From contig QPMI01000017.1 of assembly GCA_004431415.1 (NCBI GenBank), positions 558,001-622,000 on the forward strand: DNA of 64,000 bases, written 5' to 3'. The notes beneath the pieces were generated by a model, which worked only from the letters and a program-made list of their open reading frames with translations, had not been told where the DNA came from and made no database searches. Each line of letters begins with the position of its first letter. Position 1 is the first letter of the stretch. Positions 59,584 through 64,000 of the stretch are shown here, piece by piece. Made by a program: the position numbers and the translations under genes. Source of the stretch: Cyanophora paradoxa CCMP329 (Eukaryota; Plantae; Glaucophyta).

Positions 59584-60094
59584 CAGCCATCCTCGACCCC
59601 TACAACCGGCCGAGGGCGGCGGGGGGGGGGGGGGGGGGGGGTACGGCGCTGGAGGCGCCGCCTCGTATATTATACGTAGGGGGCGGAGCTGGCCGCATCA
59701 CGGTCGGGCTGTTCGGGTACGATCAAGTCTTACCCCCTATTGCTGCTAACCGGGATGCAGCCATCCTCACCCCTACCGTAGTACCGCCGCGCCGGCCGAG
59801 TTCGAGGGAGGGGGTACGGCGCCGTGAGGCAGCGGGCGCATAGGGGTGGGCCTGGCCGCATCCTGGTCGCTCGCGATCGAGGCACGCCTCACCTCGGGCT
59901 CTCCGCCGGCCCGGCCCGTGCGTATCCGCCCGCAATCGGCGTACCCCCCACCTTTCATCCCCGCAGGCGTTGGAGAACGCTCCCTAGGGCAAAGCGAGTG
60001 CGTGGGTGTGAACCGTGTGTGTGGGAGGGAGCATGCGCAGATGAAATTGAACTGAATTAGAAGTCATCGAAACTAGTAACCGATCGATGATCGA

Positions 60095-60743
60095 TTAGAT
60101 GAAAGGCAAACGGAGACCCAGGTGGATCGCTACAGCTCGTCTGCGAGCCTCCAAGGTCGCTTGCGCAGGCAGCTGGAGCCCGTAGAAGGCGATGAGCTGC
60201 TGCAGCTCGGGCCCGGTGAGGTTGTCGAGGCGTGTGCGATTCGGGACGCGCAGGGCAAGATCCGGCAGGAGTCCGTCTGCTCTCGCGATATCGAGGAAGG
60301 GAAGGACCTCGCCGTTGCCCTGGCAACAGGACTTTGTCAGTGCGTATGCGACGAGCTCAGGAACCGCAAAGCGAACCCGCATGCCGTTGTCCACCTTGTT
60401 CAGCTGGCAGGGCGAGAGCGTCAGCTCGAGCTACGCTCGGCGGGACGAGTGCGTCGCTGCTCACCTGCACGGCGATCTCACGCTGCCCCTCCCGGAGCTC
60501 CTGGATCGCCAGCTGGATTTGCTGGAGCTGGTTCATGATCTGTTGGTTGCGGGACGCTGGTAAGCGGATGCGCAAGCCTTCCAGATCTAGCCCGGTAGAG
60601 CAAACGAGACGCACTTGCACGTTCGGAGGGAGGGGCGCCATCGCATTCTGAAGAGCACCGCCAACGGCAGCCACCTGCTGCCCCAGTAAAACCACGGTGT
60701 TCCCAAGTTCGTTCACTTGGGCGTTGAACAGGTGTCCTGCCAT
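60095..60743 (-). CDS. Mug135/DUF1773-like coiled-coil protein, copy 2
   Basis: Translated ORFs identical to those at 43736-44384. Confidence 0.7.
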
Positions 60744-61844
60744 GGCCCGAGCCCGGCGCGCTGGCGGGTTTGGGCTGGAAGACGGCGCCGGCGCGGTTTA
60801 CTAATGCCAGAACCAGTCTAAATTGTTTAAGCTTAGACTTGCTGAACCACAACCACTCTGCGACAAACCTGAACCAGCTTTGCACAGGGCCGAGATCGTA
60901 TGTAGGGCTTTTGTTCTGATGTCCTACTTCTTCGCTGGCGACAAGATTTGCCAATGTCGGCACCCGCCATGAGCGTATCGGCCGTGCGTTTCCAAACGGG
61001 AAGACGAGGGTATAGTATTTAGGCCGCCGGGCCATTGCCGCCGCGCTGCAGGCCGCCTAGCCACTGTCCGCGGCCGCGGCCTCTTCGCCACCGAGGATAT
61101 GCTTTGCGGCGCTCCAATCGTCGAGCTGCCCGAGCAATTGGAGGATACGTACTGTCCGTGCGTCGGCCCCGGCCCGCGCCCCGCCCCGCACCCGCTCCCC
61201 GTCCCGCCAGATTGCTCACGCTCCATCCCGCAGCGCTTTCTCGATGAGTTCGACGAACGGGTGCCCTCCGCACGGCCTGCCGTCCGCCGCGCGCCGTCTG
61301 AGGCCCTGCATGCAGGCGATAAAGTGGGTGCGCTGCCCGACGGCGCGCGAAGCGTAGCCCGCTGAGCTCGAGCGTAGCGCATGCGCAACTCGACGTAGCA
61401 GCCGCATCTCCTCCCTGCCGCGGCGCATCGAGAGCCCCGTGCGCCCCTCGCGCAGCGGACTCCAGCGCAGCTCACGACCGCGCAGCTCTTCTGGGAGGAG
61501 GAGGAAGAGCGAGGCGAACGGCGAAAGGCACGCACGGCGGGCGCACGCGCAACCGCCCACGGCGCGATCCGCGCCGGTCGCCTCGCGGACTTTGGGCTCG
61601 CGCTTCCGCGCTTCTCGCGGACCCGGGGCCTGTGCTGGAACTGCTGCGCTGCTTCCGCGCCTACAGCGACGCGCTGCAGCTGTGCGGCGCCTCCTCCATG
61701 GAAGCCGCCGTGCCGGCGCGCGGTGCCGAGCTCGCCTTGCGCCGCGCCTCGTCGTGCTGCAGCGCGAGGTGCTCGAGGTACGCGATCCCCGAGGCCGCCG
61801 CGCGCGCCCGCGCCGAATAGTCGTAATTTTGGTCCTCTCTACCC

Positions 61845-61887
<43 letters not shown>

Positions 61888-62095
61888 AGTCTCAGAGGCT
61901 TTCCCGTACTTGCAAGTAGAAAGGTGCGGAGCTGCTGGCAGACAACTCGGCGGGCGCGCCGCGGGGGCGCCGAGCCGTCAAGCGGTCCTGTCGCCGAGTG
62001 CACGGAGAGGTCATGAGCCGCCCGCGCACCAAGCCAAGTCGGTGTAGCTAAAAGACAGAGCGCGAGGCGTGCGCGCCGTGGACGATCGAAGAGCC

Positions 62096-63902
62096 ATGCC
62101 GGCCGCCAAGAGTGCGCTCCGCTGGCGCCTACTGCATTTCTTCTCTGCCCGCTCACACGCATCGGGCGGCGCAGCGGGTCAAGGAGACCTCGAGCAGATG
62201 CTGGGCTCCGCGGAGGGATCGGGAAACGCGGAGCGGGAGCAGGCGCGCGCGCTGCTGAAGCTCGGCTCCTTCGGGCGGGAGCTCGTGCGGCAGTCGAACC
62301 TGCGGGCGGCGGAGCGGCTGCGGCTGCTGCAGCTGCAGGAGGAGCTCCGCGGGAAGAAGCCGGCCTCGGGCAGCCTCTCCCGCGGCCGCGGCGTGGCGGC
62401 GCTCTTCCAGGGCGGCGGCGGGGCCTCCTCCTCCTCCAAGGCCGGCCCGGGCTCCCGCGCCGCCGCCCCCGCTCCTCCAGCGTCGCCCAGCGCGCCTCGA
62501 AGCGCGTCATCCTCGAGAAGCAGTCGGCGGCGCCGCGGACCGCTGGCGGCGGCGCCGCCTTCAACCGCATCCTCAACGAGATCAAAACCCTCCTCTGGTC
62601 CGCCCCGCCCGCCCCGCCCGCCCCGCCCCGCCCCGCCCGCCCCGCCCCGCCCCGCCCCTTCCGGTCCGAGCGGCGGGGGCGGGCACAGGCAGGCGGACCG
62701 GCTGGAGCAGGCCCACGGGCTCCTCATCCGGGCGCCTGGACCCAGGGCCGCTTCGCTGACGCCAAGTACGACTTCTACGTGCGCCGTACCCCCAATCGAT
62801 TTATCCCCCTTTCCCGGCTGACCCCGACCTCCCCGCAGGCCTTCGAGTGTACGCGCCGCGCTCCGCTCCCCGCCGCCCCTCTTCTCCCGCTGCGGGCCCC
62901 GACCCGGGCCCCGCGCGCAGACCTGGAGCGTGTACCCCTGACGATCCAGGTGGGGGGGGCGGAGGGCCCCGTGGAGGTGTACGCGGACGTGGGCAACCTG
63001 TACCCCTCCGACGACCGCTTCATGTGGCACGCGCAGCTCGCCGCCACCGGCGAGTCCCTCGTCGTGCGTACCCCCCTGCTTCCCCCTCCCGTCTTGCCCC
63101 TCTTCGGTCCTGACAAATCGTATCCCCTCCGCTTCGCTCCCCGCAGCTGGACCTGGAGAAGGAACCCGAGATCCCTTCCGCGGTACCCCCGCCCCGCCCG
63201 TTCCCCCCTCCATGGGGGCTTACCGCTCGGGGCAGGGCTGGGTGTTCGTGTCGGCGCGGCCGGCGGGGCGGTCGGCGGGCCCGTACGCGATCCGGGTCTC
63301 GTGCAAGCAGCACAGGAAGCTGGGGCACGAGGCCCCAGCCCAGGGCCGCGTCAACGGCACCGGCTTCGTCCACTGCAAGTACCAGGCACGCCCTCTCCGC
63401 CCCCGCCCCGCCCTGCCCGCCCCCTCCTTCTGCCCTGACAACGCGGTTTCTGCCATCTCGTCCCAGGTGCCCGCGGGGCACAACTACGTGGCGGTGCAGA
63501 TGACCCTCGTGCGGGGCTCGGCCGAGCTCGTCGCCTCCACCACCGACGAGTTCCCCACCCGCGGCCCGCCCGCCCGCCCGCCCCCGCCGCCCGCCTCCTC
63601 CGCCCCCAGCTCTCCTCTGACGAGGCCGCGCGCACGCAGCCAAGCCGCAGTACAAGGGGAGCCGCGTGGGGCAGGACACGGTCGTCGTCGAGGTGGACGA
63701 CCCGAACCTCAAGACCAACGGCGCGCCCGCCCCCCGCCGCCCCTTGCTCGCTCCCCTCTCTCTCACCGCCGCCTCAGACTGGGTGTACGTGGGGGTGGGC
63801 GGGTGCGACGAGGAGGCGCGCTACGTCCTCCGCGCCTCCTCCGAGCGCCGCGAGCGCCTCCGCCGCCCCCGCCGCGCCTCCACCTCCCCGGCCCCGCCGG
63901 CC

Positions 63903-63939
<37 letters not shown>

Positions 63940-64000
63940 TGCAGCCGCCGCCGCGGCCGCCTCGCCGGGCGCCAAGCCCGGCACGCCGCTCCCCGAGGCC
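62096..64000 (+). CDS. Gene X copy 3 (runs off the window; apparent 1-bp homopolymer frameshifts)
   Basis: Matches copy 1 beyond the copy-2 deletion point; a single C is missing near 62470 and near 62728 (sequencing error or decay). Confidence 0.6.

Larger units (their letters stand above)
38141..64000 (+). repeat. Tandem segmental array of a ~7.4 kb unit (at least 3 copies of gene X, 2 of the Mug135-like segment)
   Basis: 38141 onward matches 55761 onward and 61912 onward; 42792-44627 matches 57343-60986; 54831 onward matches 60965 onward (offset 6134). Confidence 0.92.

Noticed and set aside
41-64000. Most long Arg/Pro/Gly/Ala-rich ORFs in the track (for example 35468-37435 +, 19486-21090 -, 40031-41485 +)
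   Set aside because: Shadow frames of very GC-rich spliced genes, with no domain motifs.

Overview
Very GC-rich eukaryotic nuclear DNA. Genes are broken by many short introns (about 50-100 nt, CTGAC branch points), frequent GC-AG donors and micro-exons, so the ORF track only shows fragments. The style and gene families suggest an alga or protist; the glaucophyte Cyanophora paradoxa is a guess, not shown. Left half (1-38 kb), host genes: a pseudokinase-AAA ATPase-GAF sensor, an ACS-type MFS transporter, a YdhR-like monooxygenase, a C2/beta'-COP-propeller/CbbX-type AAA+ fusion, a two-domain membrane adenylyl cyclase with inverted domain order, a photolyase/cryptochrome, an F-type plus ricin-B lectin and an F-box/LRR gene. 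It also holds a young gag-only LTR element (21387-26558) whose primer-binding site has the geometry of tRNA-Sec. Right half (38-64 kb): a tandem array of a ~7.4 kb unit carrying a PPC-like-repeat gene and a Mug135/DUF1773-like coiled-coil gene. Different copies carry different insertions: two tRNA-derived SINEs, a 10.2 kb APE-RT-RNaseH LINE interrupted by a 2.5 kb single-ORF retroposon, and a 1.8 kb TIR element. Exon boundaries were read by eye and gene spans are approximate.
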